Source of the DNA: Eledone cirrhosa
Lineage: Eukaryota
Direction of reading: 5' to 3'
Length of the DNA: 64,000 nucleotides
NCBI GenBank assembly: GCA_964016885.1
Contig: OZ024752.1
Location: 31,062,001 to 31,126,000 of the forward strand
The notes beneath the pieces were generated by a model. It made no database searches. It was not told the DNA's origin and saw nothing but the letters and a program-made list of their open reading frames with translations. Position numbers and translations under genes: made by a program. This document shows, in pieces, positions 42,244 to 57,351 of the stretch (within the stretch, counting starts at the first letter, position 1; every line of letters starts with the position of its first letter).

Positions 42244-42644
42244 AATATATTGATTAGTATCTTCGTTGTTTTGGTATTGTGTGGCTAGGTTTACCTACCA
42301 CAATTTTCAATTTGTCAAGCTGTCTAAACGTATGTTATTACTCTAAGGCCTACAACCTTATTGAGTGCTTTGCTGTACATTCCTAATTGTAGGTCGCTAG
42401 CTTGGCCACAGCCAAAGCTTCGATTTTACTAAGCTTCCACTTGAATATATATATATATGTATGTTATTCTGGGTTGAATCGGAGGTAACGACAGTAAGTA
42501 GGGTACTCAATACATAGCTCAGTGTAAATGTTTTAATATAGAAGAGCTTCTACAGGACTAAAACTGTTTCATTCGTGAGAAATCATCAGTATATCATCAG
42601 TACGAGGACACAAATAGGTTTTTACGTGTGTTCACAAACACTAA

Positions 42645-42669
42645 CACCATCACCGCCACAACAACCACC

Positions 42670-42703
<34 letters not shown>

Positions 42704-43160
42704 ACATCACCACCACTACTACCATCACCTAAAAGTCCCTCCCCACCACCACCACCACCACCACCACCATCATTATAACCACTACTACTACCATCATCTA
42801 AAAGCCCCACCTCCACCACCACCACCATCATAACCACTACTACTACCCTCATTTAAAAGCCTCTCCCCACCACCACCACCACCACCACCACCACCATCAT
42901 CATAACCACTACTACTACCATCATCTAAAAGCCCCACCACCACCACCACCACCATCATAACCACTACTACTACCCTCACTTAAAAGCCCCTCCCCACCAC
43001 CACCACCATCATCATAACCACTACTACTACCATCACCTAAAAGCCCCACCACCACCACCACCACCACTACTACTACCATCACTTAAAAGCCCCTCCCCAC
43101 CACCACCACCACCACCATCACCTAAAAGACCCCTCCCCACCGCCACCACAACCACCACAT
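42645..43160. repeat. ACC/ATC triplet minisatellite
   Basis: Direct reading. Confidence 0.9.
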
Positions 43161-43537
43161 TATATTGATTTTCAGAGTTGGCCACAGAACCTGACGTCAA
43201 TGATAAATTGTTGTGTAGAAGTGTTTGTTATATAGACATGGACGTATATATGTATATGTATACAAGCATAAGTATATATACAGACTTGTGTTTATAAACA
43301 TAGATGTGTACAGGATTCTGAGAATGTTTATAGTTTATGTATGTATGACTATAAATATGTTTTATATAAGTGACTATAAATATGAGTATATGTGTGTGTG
43401 TATACATGTGTGTGTGCGTATGTATGTATATATGTATGCATGTATATATGTATTATATATATACTATATATATACGCACATATATATATATTGTAAAACT
43501 CATTCTTTGATTTATTCATTGAACCTTGTTTAACTTT

Positions 43538-43613
<76 letters not shown>

Positions 43614-44146
43614 TACTTGGGGAGGGTCATATTTGTGTAATATTGCCAGAATTAATAACAGAACACACTCACTGTTTGGTTGGTTTTCGCTTTTCGCTTC
43701 TGTGTCTTTTATATCGGTTAATTTAATTTATTCGGTCCTCAATGTTGCCATTGACTGACCAACGGTCAAAAATACAGATACAATATAGACACAAACACAT
43801 ATATATAGTCTATCAAAGTTCTTTCGTTGCACATCTGCAACATCGTTATGTTATTAATTCTGGCAATATTACACAAATATGACCCTCCCCAAGTATAACA
43901 ATATTTGTTTCGACACACGATTTCCTATCAAAAACCTCGCAAAAGTAATTCATCGCCGTTATCGGTGGATTGGCAGTATCGTTAGAGGGTCGGACGCCAT
44001 GCTTTCCAGCATAGTTATGTCCCTTTACGATCTGAGTTCAAATCCCGCCGAGGTTGACTTTGCCTTTCATCCTTACGGGGTCGATAAAATAAAGTACCAG
44101 TAATGCACTGGTTAATTGCTGGCCTTGTGCCTAAAGTAGAAACAGT

Positions 44147-44184
<38 letters not shown>

Positions 44185-44502
44185 CTATATATATAGAGTT
44201 ATAAACTCAAACAGTCTTTTACAATTAAATAGCTCAATAAGAAATATTTCTGAGCCGTGAAATACAAGTTAATATAAATTAATATATATGATAAACACTA
44301 ATACAATCATATAAGTGTTTGTATTGTAAATGACGAAGTTAGCTATATATATAGTATAACGGCTCCTTTTGTTGAGCTAATTTTAGTCCCATATAAACGG
44401 CTGTTATTTCTAGAAGCACGAGTATGGGGTAGCTAGACGCTGAAAAACCATGTGCGTTGATCAGTCTTCTTAAATATTCTGAGGTGAAACACCAATTTTC
44501 TG

Positions 44503-44632
44503 GGTACTTGCTGATGAGAACAGAAGATGGAATTTTTCACCTTTCCAATTATCGAAACTTATTTGGGTTTTGAAGTTTAAACTTATCTACGGAACAGGTT
44601 TGGATTTTGAAATTTAAATTTGTCCAAGTACC
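44503..44632 (+). ncRNA. Type I hammerhead with expanded stem III, inside an element with ~84-bp inverted ends (44262-44345 / 44725-44808)
   Basis: GGTACTTG-CTGATGA-GA…TC-GAAAC-[about 65 nt]-GTC-CAAGTACC. Confidence 0.65.
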
Positions 44633-44815
44633 ACGGCTATTGCCAATATGGGTTTGTTTTTATTGATTTATTATTTTAAATCGAGACAGGAAAACTGTAT
44701 TAATCTAATTAGTATTTTTCAATCTAGCTAACTTGGTCATTTACAATACAAACACTTATATAATTGTATTAGTGTTTATCATATATATTAATTTATATTA
44801 ACTTGTATATATATA

Positions 44816-44881
<66 letters not shown>

Positions 44882-44944
44882 CCCTAATTATTGAGTACTC
44901 TGGTGCGTTATGGTCCACCTGGTATCTTACCACACTTTCTTTGT

Positions 44945-44979
<35 letters not shown>

Positions 44980-45190
44980 TTCCTCAACTATTATTATGGT
45001 CATTTGCGTTGGGACGTAAATATTTCAATTTTTCCCAATGTATGGTTCGTTAGCAAACATTATTGCAGGCTGGAAAATATGTAGACTTTCTGACAGATAG
45101 ACGGCCAACCAACCAGACAGATAGATTATAGATAGATAGGTAGACAGGTAGATAAAGATAGATATGCTGATAGATAGATAGATAGATAGA

Positions 45191-45650
45191 TTTCTTTATT
45201 TGCCACAAGGGCGCACAAGAAAAGGGAACAATACAAAGATACATGCCGGGGATTTTACGTACAGTCGTGTAAAAATATTGAAACAAACAATTATAACAAT
45301 CGAAATCCCCAATAGGGGGGGGGGGGAGCGCCACAAATGGGTTCTTTAATACCCCATCGATAGAACAACCCTCAACTCCAGGAGCGTGTTGTGCAAGTGC
45401 TCCCTTCTTCCTTTTGCTCTCTTCTTTAACCTACAGGTTTATATACAGAGAAGTCCCAATCACTCGGGCCATTTTCGCTTCATTCACCAACCTTTCAGTA
45501 AATTTACTGGGGTGCAGTGCCTCTCTCTCCACCCTGATTCTCCTTCTAAAGTGATACTTAAAGAAGGGAATCAATTGTTGTCCGGAGAGAAAGGCATCTG
45601 TCCTCAGTCCTCTCAAGATAGAAAGATAAATCGATACATCTGCAGTTAAG
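45191..45650 (-). mobile_element. Probable Tx1/L1-like LINE 3' end abutting (TATC)n
   Basis: ORF …FFKYHFRRRIRVEREALHPSKFTERLV…, pyrimidine-rich UTR, then AATAAAGAAAT and (CTAT)n. A related terminus CCCTGTGTGGCTAATAAAGA lies at the window end (about 63700-64000, +). Confidence 0.5.
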
Positions 45651-45865
45651 CAGACATGGCTTTACGAATGCCAGGAAATATAGATCGTGAGAAACAATAC
45701 TTTTACTGTCAAATTTAATATTTAGAACTGGAGCGCCGCCTCTGATCCTAGGCTCGACGAAGACTCACCTTGTGCTAAACAACAACAACAATATATATAT
45801 ATGTCCCAAGGCTCTGATACCATCAACACTATAAACACAGAGCTGGCATATCTAAGAACTGACTA

Positions 45866-45921
45866 ACTGCCTGATGAGGTCATAGCTATTCAATGGCTAT
45901 CATCGAAATATATATAGCAGT
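45866..45921 (+). ncRNA. Type I hammerhead ribozyme (separate family)
   Basis: ACTGC-CTGATGA-GGT-C-ATAGCTA…TGGCTAT-C-ATC-GAAA-TATATA-TA-GCAGT, followed by a short tail and (TA)n. Confidence 0.8.
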
Positions 45922-46090
45922 AAATAAAGGATTATGAGTTCATGTAACTGACTTATGTTTCGTCACTATATATATATATATAAAAAACATGGGAAGAAAG
46001 AGGAAAACTGCATGGTTGTACATGGGTTACATATTATAAAATTAGTCCCTCATCAGTGATTTGCCAACCATCATTGGTATTTCATCGCAT

Positions 46091-46127
<37 letters not shown>

Positions 46128-46293
46128 TGAGTATATCTGTAGAAAAGGTAAAGGAAAGAAGAGTGCTCTATGTGTAGTACAGAGCTATTTAATTACATAA
46201 TAAACAACACAATATAATTATTTCATCTGATGAACGGGTCGGACGTTTCTGTAAAGATCGTCTAGTTTCTTCAAACCTTTGGTAATGGAATAA

Positions 46294-46387
<94 letters not shown>

Positions 46388-46864
46388 TCGGACGCCATGC
46401 TTTCCACCATAGTTACGTCCCTTTACGATCTGAGTTCAAATCCCGCCGAGGTTGACTTTGTCTTTCATCCTTACGGGGTCGATAAAATAAAGTACCAGTA
46501 ATACACTGGGTAATTGCTGGCCTTGTGCCTAAAGTAGAAACAATATATTATATATATATATATATTGAGAGATAGATAGAGGGAGAGAGAAAAGGTGAAG
46601 TTGGAAGGAAAATATATTTTAGGGTCTGTTTTTCTTTTTTTTCCTTTCTTTGATTCGTCAAAGTGACATTATTGACAAAACGAGAGGGACAATTCTTTTT
46701 AAAAAGAGTATTATAATGTATATAAAGTATTACCGGTTGCGATGTATTAGTAAAATGCATCTTATCAAATGTTGAGTATTACAATTAAAAAGAATTAATA
46801 AGAATTAAAAACTAAAAATTAAAGATTTAAAATTAAGAGGTAAGTTTTTTTGTCATTTTCCTTG

Positions 46865-46902
<38 letters not shown>

Positions 46903-47158
46903 AACGAGTAGGACCCCGACGGCTGAGCTCAAGCCGTTTCGACGGCTAATTAGCCGTCGAAACGGCTTGAGCTCCGCCGTCGGGGTCCTACTCGTTCCTA
47001 TTCCCCACTCTACTACTCTAAGTATTGAGTACTTTGGTGCGTTATGGTCCATCTAGTTCCTTATCACATTTCCTTCGTTATGTATATATATATATATATA
47101 TATATACACATAACGAAGGAAATGTGGTAAGGAACCAGATGGACCATAACCAGATGGA

Positions 47159-47226
<68 letters not shown>

Positions 47227-47689
47227 CACACAGAAACACAAACCCTCCATCTCAATTTTACTTTTGATAATCATAAGAACAATAAAAACACAACTGGAAT
47301 CTTTTAAGTATATTTATTTACTTGACCGGTTTCACAGTTCTTATGATTATCGAAAGAAGTGCGTTCTATAATAAAATAAAGACGCCTATACTCCACTAAG
47401 GTTCTGAGTACCTTTTTTACTGTGGTCACCTTCTGATATACATTGGGGATTCTCCTGTTATATATACGTATATATGTGTGTCTGTGGTGAACTGAATAAG
47501 TCGTTTGGATCCTCATACATCGAAATCGGCGGAATAGTCGATCGACAAGTTACCAGACCTCATTCGCTTAACCAGTGGGGTGGAACTCGTCAAATCGGTC
47601 CGAAGAAACAATGTTTCCATTAGTATTTCTAATTGCTAATACTAGGTATCTGTCGGTAGCAAAATAAAGTGTCATAACGCATTGCCCAG

Positions 47690-47775
<86 letters not shown>

Positions 47776-47799
47776 ATATATATATATATATATGTATAT

Positions 47800-48223
47800 A
47801 TACGATATTAAACAAATGGAAACTATATTTATAAAACCATATTTATTTCATTATACATATTTCAGGGATACCATATTAAAAATATGGCATGCCTTCGTCA
47901 GATAAAATACAATATATAAACAGTTTTATAAATAATTTTGACGTACCATAATATAAGCGACCATTATTTAATGGTCGCTTATATTATGGTACGTCAAAAT
48001 TATTTATAAAACTGTTTATATATTGTATTTTATCTGACGAAGGCATGCCATATTTTTAATATGGTATCCCTGAAATATGTATAATGAAATAAATATGGTT
48101 TTATAAATATAGTTTCCATTTGTTTAATGTCGTATATCTACTCCCAAAACTTGTCGAGTGCTTTATATCAGTTATAAAATATTTACTTGTTGTAACCCAA
48201 CAATTTTAAATAAAACTTTTGCA
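47800..48223. mobile_element. Family A fold-back element with hammerheads at 48026-48091(+) and 47844-47909(-)
   Basis: Palindrome centred near 47967; core CTGACGA. Confidence 0.85.
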
Positions 48224-48225
48224 TA

Positions 48226-48274
<49 letters not shown>

Positions 48275-49108
48275 TAAATCATGTCTTTAGAATTATCAGA
48301 TAAATAAAATATATACCATTTCTTCTCCCAATCAGCGTAATTAACCATATAAGAAATCAATTAGACCAAGCTATAAGGATAAAGGTTCCTATGAAGAAAT
48401 CTCCGACAAATAACCGAAAGTGGCCTCTTCGCGGTGGCCCCCATAGAGTATTTATCCAACATTTCGACAGCATGTAGAAACTGACTAAATATACAATCAA
48501 CCATACACAATTAGGTGTAAATTCAGACTTAGAAGTATATATATATATCTTTACCCTCTCTAGCAGTCACACTCTCTGTTAGCCTCTTCCTCACCCTTCA
48601 CTCACTCATTCTCTGTTACTACCTCTCCTCCTCCTCCTTCTTCCCGTATGACCTGTGTGTAATTCTTTTCTTTCGCACGCTTGGCCAGGCCGGTCGGCAT
48701 TTATTCTCTCTCTCGTCTACGATTTCACAGAACTTATGTTTACCGAATTCACAGACTAAATCCCTTCTTCCTCCCGTTAGACTTGTGCGAAATTCCTTCC
48801 TTGCTCACATTTCAACCAGGTTTGATGGTCTTTATTCTCTCTCGTTCACGATTTCACCGAATTTAAATTCATAGAAATTTGGGACTTGACTCCTTCTTCC
48901 TCACTTTTCGTTGCTTCACCATTTTTGTTTGTTTACACTCGTGTCCCCTTTATTTACGTGTCCCAACGACTTTTTTTAGCCGTTGATCGCACCAACCGGA
49001 GGTATATGGTCTTTAAAGCGATGAAATACCAATGATGGTTGGAAGATCACTGGTGAAGGACTAACTTTATTCATATGTAACCCATTAGCAACCACGCAGC
49101 ACGTTTAT

Positions 49109-49146
<38 letters not shown>

Positions 49147-49324
49147 AAGAGAGTGTCGTAAGATACCGGGTGGAGCATAACGCACCAGAGTACTCAATAC
49201 TTAGGGTAGTAGAGTGGGTAATAGGAAAAGTGTCAGGACCCCGACGGCTGAGCTACCGCCATTTCGACAGCTAGGATCTAGCTGTCGAAACGGCCGGAGC
49301 TCAGCCGTCGGGGTCCTAACTCTT

Positions 49325-49392
<68 letters not shown>

Positions 49393-49571
49393 CACACACA
49401 GTTCAGGCATACAAAGGTCACAACACTTGTGTCCTCCCATGTATGAGCACGCTGTGTCGAGTAATTTCCATTTGAGCGCGAAAGGAGTGGAGTTCCTGTT
49501 GACATCTCAGACATAGGAGGCGAGTGTTGTCTGATTGGATTTGTCCGGTCTTCTGAACGAGTGTTAAATAT

Positions 49572-50686
<1,115 letters not shown>

Positions 50687-51291
50687 TCAGGTCACCAGTT
50701 GGTGCTACTGGTAACATGTATCCCAGTACAACCTGTCTCATGGTCGGGTCGTTGGCGACTAAGCTGGCAACCCCACCAAGGTTTCTTGGTGAGGAGGGTA
50801 ACTTTGGACATCCTGCAGGACTAAAAACAAAACCTGTCAAAAGGCAAAGGAGCTCTTAAGAGTCAATGGCCATCCAAAATCACCGGGAGAGATGACCCCT
50901 TAGCCTTTGTCAAGGCAGAATTCTAGAAGGAAAACTCTGATATAACACCTGCAACCCTAATGGTATCCAATGATGTTGACTTGTTCTTCTTTTTGGTAAA
51001 TATTATCTTGGTTAAGAGAGTGGGACTGGCTTTGTGCAGTGCCTTTGCTCACTATAAAAGCTTCATGGCACAAGCATTGCTTTATATCTGGAGATCTCTC
51101 TGCACTTGTCGTCACATGGTACCATGGGCCCAGCACTATTTGTCAATAATTGTAACAAGTGTAGTGTTTGTACCAGAGTTTTCAAGTCGCTGGCTGGACT
51201 AAAAAGTCACACTCGTTCAGCGCATCGGTAGGGGTTCTGCTACATGTATATGAAGTAGTGGCCGTACTCGAAAACGAGTTGGCAGCCACCA
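50687..51291 (+). mobile_element. Non-autonomous RTE-derived element, longest copy (about 600 bp)
   Basis: Structured 5' region, AGAAGGAAAACTCTGA motif, C2H2 remnant and 3' hairpin; no RT. Confidence 0.6.
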
Positions 51292-51350
<59 letters not shown>

Positions 51351-51544
51351 AAGGTTTAGCAAATAATGAAAAAGTTTCAAAATAAATTTAAAAAAATTGA
51401 CTTTACCTACTATTATTAACCCGCCATTGAACCACACTGGCATTTGGTTGGACAATACATGCGTACCTTGGCGCCTTGTGCGTGAAGGAACGTATATCCT
51501 ATTATATATATATATATGTATATATATATGTGTATATATATGTG

Positions 51545-51635
<91 letters not shown>

Positions 51636-51892
51636 AGTTTAAAACCCTGGCGGTTTAACGTCCCTTGTGATTTGAACGGTATATATGTATATATCTGTGT
51701 TTGTCTTTCTTTATATATTATATTATATTTGGCAGGATTGGTAGAGAGTCGGACACCAGGTTTCCAGCATAGAGTTACGTCCCTTTTCGGACTGAGTTCG
51801 AATCCCGCCGAGGTTAACTTTGCCTTTCATCCTTACGGGGTCGATAAAATAAAGTACCAGTAATGTAGTGAGTAATTGTTGGCCTTTTGTCG

Positions 51893-52890
51893 ATAAGGTA
51901 GCATATACCGAGTATGAGCATAGACCTAGGAAAAATAGATCCCGACGTACTATATGGTATAACCCACTAAATCATATTCATATGGAGGTGGCCCTTATTA
52001 AGAAGCATTTACCCCCAGCACATAAATATAATAAAATTTTTAATAGAAATACCATTAAAATTTCTTATTCTAAGACTCCTAATCTTTCACATTACATCAC
52101 AGCTTCAAATTTAGCTAAATTACCTAGCCGTAGGAACATGTGCAACCCTGTAGCTAGTACTAACTGTAATTGTAGGAATCGGGTTGACTGCCCCCTATCC
52201 GGGAAATGCCTCTCCAGTATCATTGTCTACAAATGTAAGGTTGAAATACCCACTTCCTGTAGGACCTACATAGGGTTAACCGCCAATAGATTCAAGCAGC
52301 GTCTTTACATGTATACCCATTCTTTTCTTAACACTTTAAGAAAGAATATGACGTCTCCATGACTTCATTTATACTATAAACGTGGTTTTGTCTTCGCGTG
52401 TATTTGTTTTCACTGCACCAAATAATGACGTATTATCTTCGTTTTTTTCCGTTCTTTGCCAGGGAACGTTTCCACGAACCAAAGTATCGTCTTCCTGTCT
52501 TCCTTCGGTTGCAACCGCCTAAGAGAACATTAGTCTACGACTTCTTTTATACCATAAACGCGGTTCTGTCTTTGCGCGTAATTGTTTTTCACCGCTCCTA
52601 TTAATGACGTAATATTCGTTTTTTCCCGTTCTTTGCCAGCGAACGTCACCATGAACCAAAGTATCGTCTTCCTGTCTTCCTCCGGTTGCAACGTTTTTTT
52701 TGAAATATCCACTTCTGCGTTTACAGATTGACTTTGTTAGTTTCAGAAGATCCCGTTAAGGGTGAAAGCAGCGATTTTTTGCTTAAACTTTAATCTGTTA
52801 TTTTAATAAACATTTGCTCTACGGTTCTTAAATATTTGATATATATTTATCCTTATCGAGCCCTCTTGGGATTTTAGTCTTCAGATTTAT
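51893..52890 (+). mobile_element. Naiad-type PLE fragment joined to a repeated 3' region with a hammerhead-like motif at 52739-52789
   Basis: RSRRTIWYNP…HKYNKIFNRNTIKISYS…CNCRNRVDCPLSGKC…IVYKC…YIGLTANRFKQR. Motif AGTTT-CAGAAGA-TCCC/GGGT-GAAA-GCA…TGC-TT-AAACT. The 3' region repeats at 53385-53805, with inverted tails at 52962-53008 and 54275-54405. Confidence 0.8.
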
Positions 52891-52908
52891 TATTATTACT
52901 ATTATTAT

Positions 52909-52966
<58 letters not shown>

Positions 52967-53041
52967 AAAATAACAGATTAAAGTTTAAGCAAAGAATCGC
53001 TGCTTTCACTATTATTATCACTGCTTTTTTACTATTATTAT

Positions 53042-53131
<90 letters not shown>

Positions 53132-53820
53132 TATTTGGTGCATACGTTCGTATGTGTGCGGGTACAGGTGTTACGCGGGTTTTTGTATATGTGCGCGTGT
53201 TTTTGTGCACGTGCTTGTACATGCATACCCATGGCGGGTGTTTTGCGTATGCATGTGTATGTACGTATATGGATGCGTGCATGTATATATTTAATTATCG
53301 TTGATTTCAATAACCTCTGTAATTTATTTACATTATTCTTAACTCTGAAGCCGAGAATCATTCGGTTTCCTAAATAGAATTTTAGTCTAATGACGTTTTA
53401 TCTTCGCTTTTTTCCCCCGTTCATTGCCAGGGAACGTTTCCACGAACCACCTAAATAGTCTACGACTTCATTTATACCATAAACGTGGTTTTGTCTTTGC
53501 GTGTAATTGTTCTCAACGCTCCAAATAATGACGTATTATCTTCGCTTTTTTCCCGCTCATTGCAAGGGAACGTCTCCACGAACCAACGTATCGTCTTCCT
53601 GTCTTTCTTCGGTTGCACCGTTTTTTCGAAATATTTACTTCTGCGTTCACAAATTGATTTTTTTAGTTTCAAAAGATCCCGTTAAGGGTGAAAGCAGCGA
53701 TTCTTTGCTTAAACTTTAATCTGTTATTTTAATAAACATTTGCTCTAGGGTTCTTATATATTTGATATATATTTATCCTTATCTTTGGACTTTAGTCTTC
53801 AAATTTTTTTTTTTTTTTAT

Positions 53821-53875
<55 letters not shown>

Positions 53876-53917
53876 TTCAAAATATTAATAAATGAGGAAC
53901 ATCATAACCAAAGTATG

Positions 53918-53980
53918 TATTTTATTATACATATTTCAAAGGTACAATGGTGTTTAAGTACGTTTTCATCAGATAAAATA
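53918..53980 (-). ncRNA. Type I hammerhead (family A relative)
   Basis: TATTTTAT-CTGATGA-AAAC-GTAC…GTAC-CTTT-GAAA-TATGTA-TA-ATAAAATA. Confidence 0.75.
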
Positions 53981-54056
53981 TATAAGAGATTGAATATGCG
54001 ACATACCGCTAAGGTACTTGAATCATCAATATATATTCGGAATTACCTAACACAAA

Positions 54057-54131
<75 letters not shown>

Positions 54132-54197
54132 TTGTGTTATGTAATTCCGAAGAAAAAGCAAAGGAAAACAGAGTGCTCTATGTATAGCACATAACTA

Positions 54198-54274
<77 letters not shown>

Positions 54275-54410
54275 ATAATAATAAATTTGAAGACCAAAAT
54301 CCAAAGAGGGCTCGGTAAGGATAAATATATATCAAATATATAAGAACCGTAGAGCAAATATTTATTAAAATAACAGATTAAAGTTTAAGCAAAGAATCGC
54401 TGCTATTTTA

Positions 54411-54480
<70 letters not shown>

Positions 54481-54722
54481 AAGGTATATATTGAGTTAGG
54501 AACTCAAAATATCTTTCTTAGAGCTATTTTATTGTAAGAGATTATTTTGAGTTTTGATATATTCGGCTCCGTTAATTTGTTGATTGTCAAATGTCGAATA
54601 AACCTGGCTGCTATTTTTAGTGGTGTAAGTTTGTGAGACTCACTAAGATACCATGTGCGTTATTATATATAGCACACTATTCAGTGTCTTAATATACTTA
54701 GAAGTGTCTAGGATACTAATTC

Positions 54723-54802
54723 ATCACCCACCGATGAGCAAGAATTGGTATTTCTATTCACAATTAATATTGCGAAACAGCACTAAGAGCTGTCTGGGTG
54801 AT
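54723..54802 (+). ncRNA. Type I hammerhead-like motif with CCGATGA core
   Basis: ATCACCCA-CCGATGA-GCAA…TTGC-GAAA-CAGC-ACTAAGA-GCTG-TC-TGGGTGAT. The upstream flank is homologous to the 44.4-kb element. Confidence 0.7.
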
Positions 54803-55147
54803 TGGTAGTTACCACAATTCCAGTTTGTATTTATTTTCTTGATTTATTCTTAAATTGAGTCTGGCAACCCCTATTGTCTATAGTTAGTATTCTTTTCACC
54901 TTAGCGAATCTGGTCCCTTACGATTTGAACACATATATGTATATATATCTGTGTTCGTTTTTCTTTTATATTCAATTATAATATATATATCCTTAGGGCA
55001 TCAACATATGTTAACCTTGGTCTTCCTCTTCCAGTGTGTCCATGTAGGGGCTCCCACAGGAGCACTGAGTGCAATGTTAACTCTGGATGCCGGTGAGCAT
55101 GTCCAGCTAACCTCAGTCTCCCCTCCTCTCTCTCTCTCTATATATAT

Positions 55148-55602
55148 GCAGAGGTTATATTTAATTTGTTAGGATTCAACAAGCTTAAAAATTGTTATAA
55201 CTGATATAAAGCACTCAACAAGTTAGTGGAGTAAATATACAATATATTAATAAATGGAAACTATATTTATAAAACCATAATTATTTTATTATATATATTT
55301 CAAGGGCAACCAAGGTAAATTATGGTGCGCTTTCATCAGATAAAATACAGATTTGTTTTATAAATAAATATTCACATACCCGGAAAAAAGACAACCCCAA
55401 ACGGTTGAAATTCGCTGGATAGTCACTATCCAGCGAATTTCAACCGTTTTTTCCGGGTATGTCAATATTTATTTATAAAACAAATCTGTATTTTATCTGA
55501 TGAAAGCGCACCATAATTTACCTTGGTATCCCTTGAAATATATATAATAAAATAATTATGGTTTTATAAATATAGTTTCCATTTATTAATATATTGTATA
55601 TA
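55148..55602. mobile_element. Family A fold-back element with hammerheads at 55489-55554(+) and about 55283-55347(-)
   Basis: Palindrome centred at 55424. Confidence 0.85.
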
Positions 55603-55989
55603 TATATATATTAAACTTTAGCCCAAATCCCATTTTGGTGGGGATACAAATCAAATTGACTAAAAAAGTCAATTTTAACTTATACGTACAACAAGCACGC
55701 GATTAACCGCCGTTATATATTAAAAAAAAAACGATATCAATACTAAGCAGTGGTAATAAATAATACATCGATATGATGAGCGGCCATGTTGGAGCAATAT
55801 TTAGTAGTGTTTTATATGTATATGAGAGATGTAGCCACCCGGTGTTGTAGAGACACCAACGCTACCCTGCTGTGTTTATCATTGATTGTGAATCAAAGAG
55901 AGAGAAGTAAACCTCTTCACTTTCTCTTCTTTTTCTTTTTTACTTCTTCTTTTACCTTCTTAATTTTTGTTTCAATTCAAAAACATGTT

Positions 55990-56299
55990 ATCTCTCTCTG
56001 TCTCTCTTCTCAGCTCTACCTCTCTCTTTCTCTGCTCAACAACCTCTCTCTACTCAGCTATTTATCTCTCTCTCTCTACTCAGCTATCTCTCTCTCTCTA
56101 CTCAGCTATTTCTCTCTCTCTACTCAGCTATCTCTCTCTCTCCACTCAGCTATCTCTCTCTCTCCACTCAGCTATCTCTCTCTCTCCACTCTCCCACATC
56201 TACTCTCTCTCTCTCTCTCTCCACTCTCCCACATCTACTCTCTCTCTCTCTCTTCACTCTCCCACATCTACTCTCTCTCTCTCTCTTCACTCTCCCACA

Positions 56300-56334
<35 letters not shown>

Positions 56335-56442
56335 CTCACCCACATTTACTCTCTCTCTCCACTCTCCCACATCTACTCTCTCTCTCTCTCTCTCCACTCT
56401 CCCACATCTACTCTCTCTCTCTCTCTCTCTCTCCCACATCTA

Positions 56443-56490
<48 letters not shown>
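55990..56490. repeat. (CT)n-based minisatellite (CTACTCAGCTATCTCT / CCACTCTCCCACATCTACT units)
   Basis: Direct reading. Confidence 0.9.
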
Positions 56491-56494
<4 letters not shown>

Positions 56495-56682
56495 CACACC
56501 TTTTGTTTATCTCACCGTTTTATCTCTCTCTCAATTAAAGTCTAGATGTGTGTGTTCATTCCTCTCTTCCTCCTACTACTCCTCCCCCTCTCTCGCTCTC
56601 TCTATATATATGCAGATATCCTTCCTCCCACTCTCACTTATCCTCCCTCTCTCTTTTTTTCTTTCTCTCTCTGCATATATCC

Positions 56683-56739
<57 letters not shown>

Positions 56740-56993
56740 CCTTCCCCCTCACCCTCTCTCTCTCTATATATATACATCCTCCCTGCCCCTGCCCCTTTAT
56801 ATATATATATATATATATGTTTTCTCACGCTTCTTATCTTTTATTTATTAATATGTGTTGTAGATTCACAAACATGGTTTGTTCAGCCAGATTCTGTCTG
56901 CCTCTCTTTCTCACACACATATTTGTTCGGGTATATAAACGAGAGAAAAAGTACTCAATACCAGTAGAAGAGTTTATTCACTCGAAGATGAAA

Positions 56994-57068
<75 letters not shown>

Positions 57069-57351
57069 TTACGTATAGCACGGAGCATATGTGCATAAAC
57101 ACATGCACCGTGTTGTATTTTGACAGTATTGTGTTAGCTTAATGTACAAGAACAGAGCTGTTATATGTAATATATATATTATTATTTTATTATAGAAATG
57201 ACTTCTACAGGACTAGAAGTGTTTCACTCGTAAGAAATCATCAGGACATTCCTAGTGATTTCTTACGACTGAAACAGTTCTAGTCCTGTAGAAGTCATTT
57301 CTATAATAAAATAAATATGTTGAGTACCATTTTTTTTTAAACTGTGGTCAC

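Noticed and set aside
50687-50770. HDV-like or twister ribozyme at the 5' end of the RTE derivative
   Set aside because: P2/P4-like pairings can be drawn, but P1' is not in the required order and the twister conserved loops are absent; not called as a feature.
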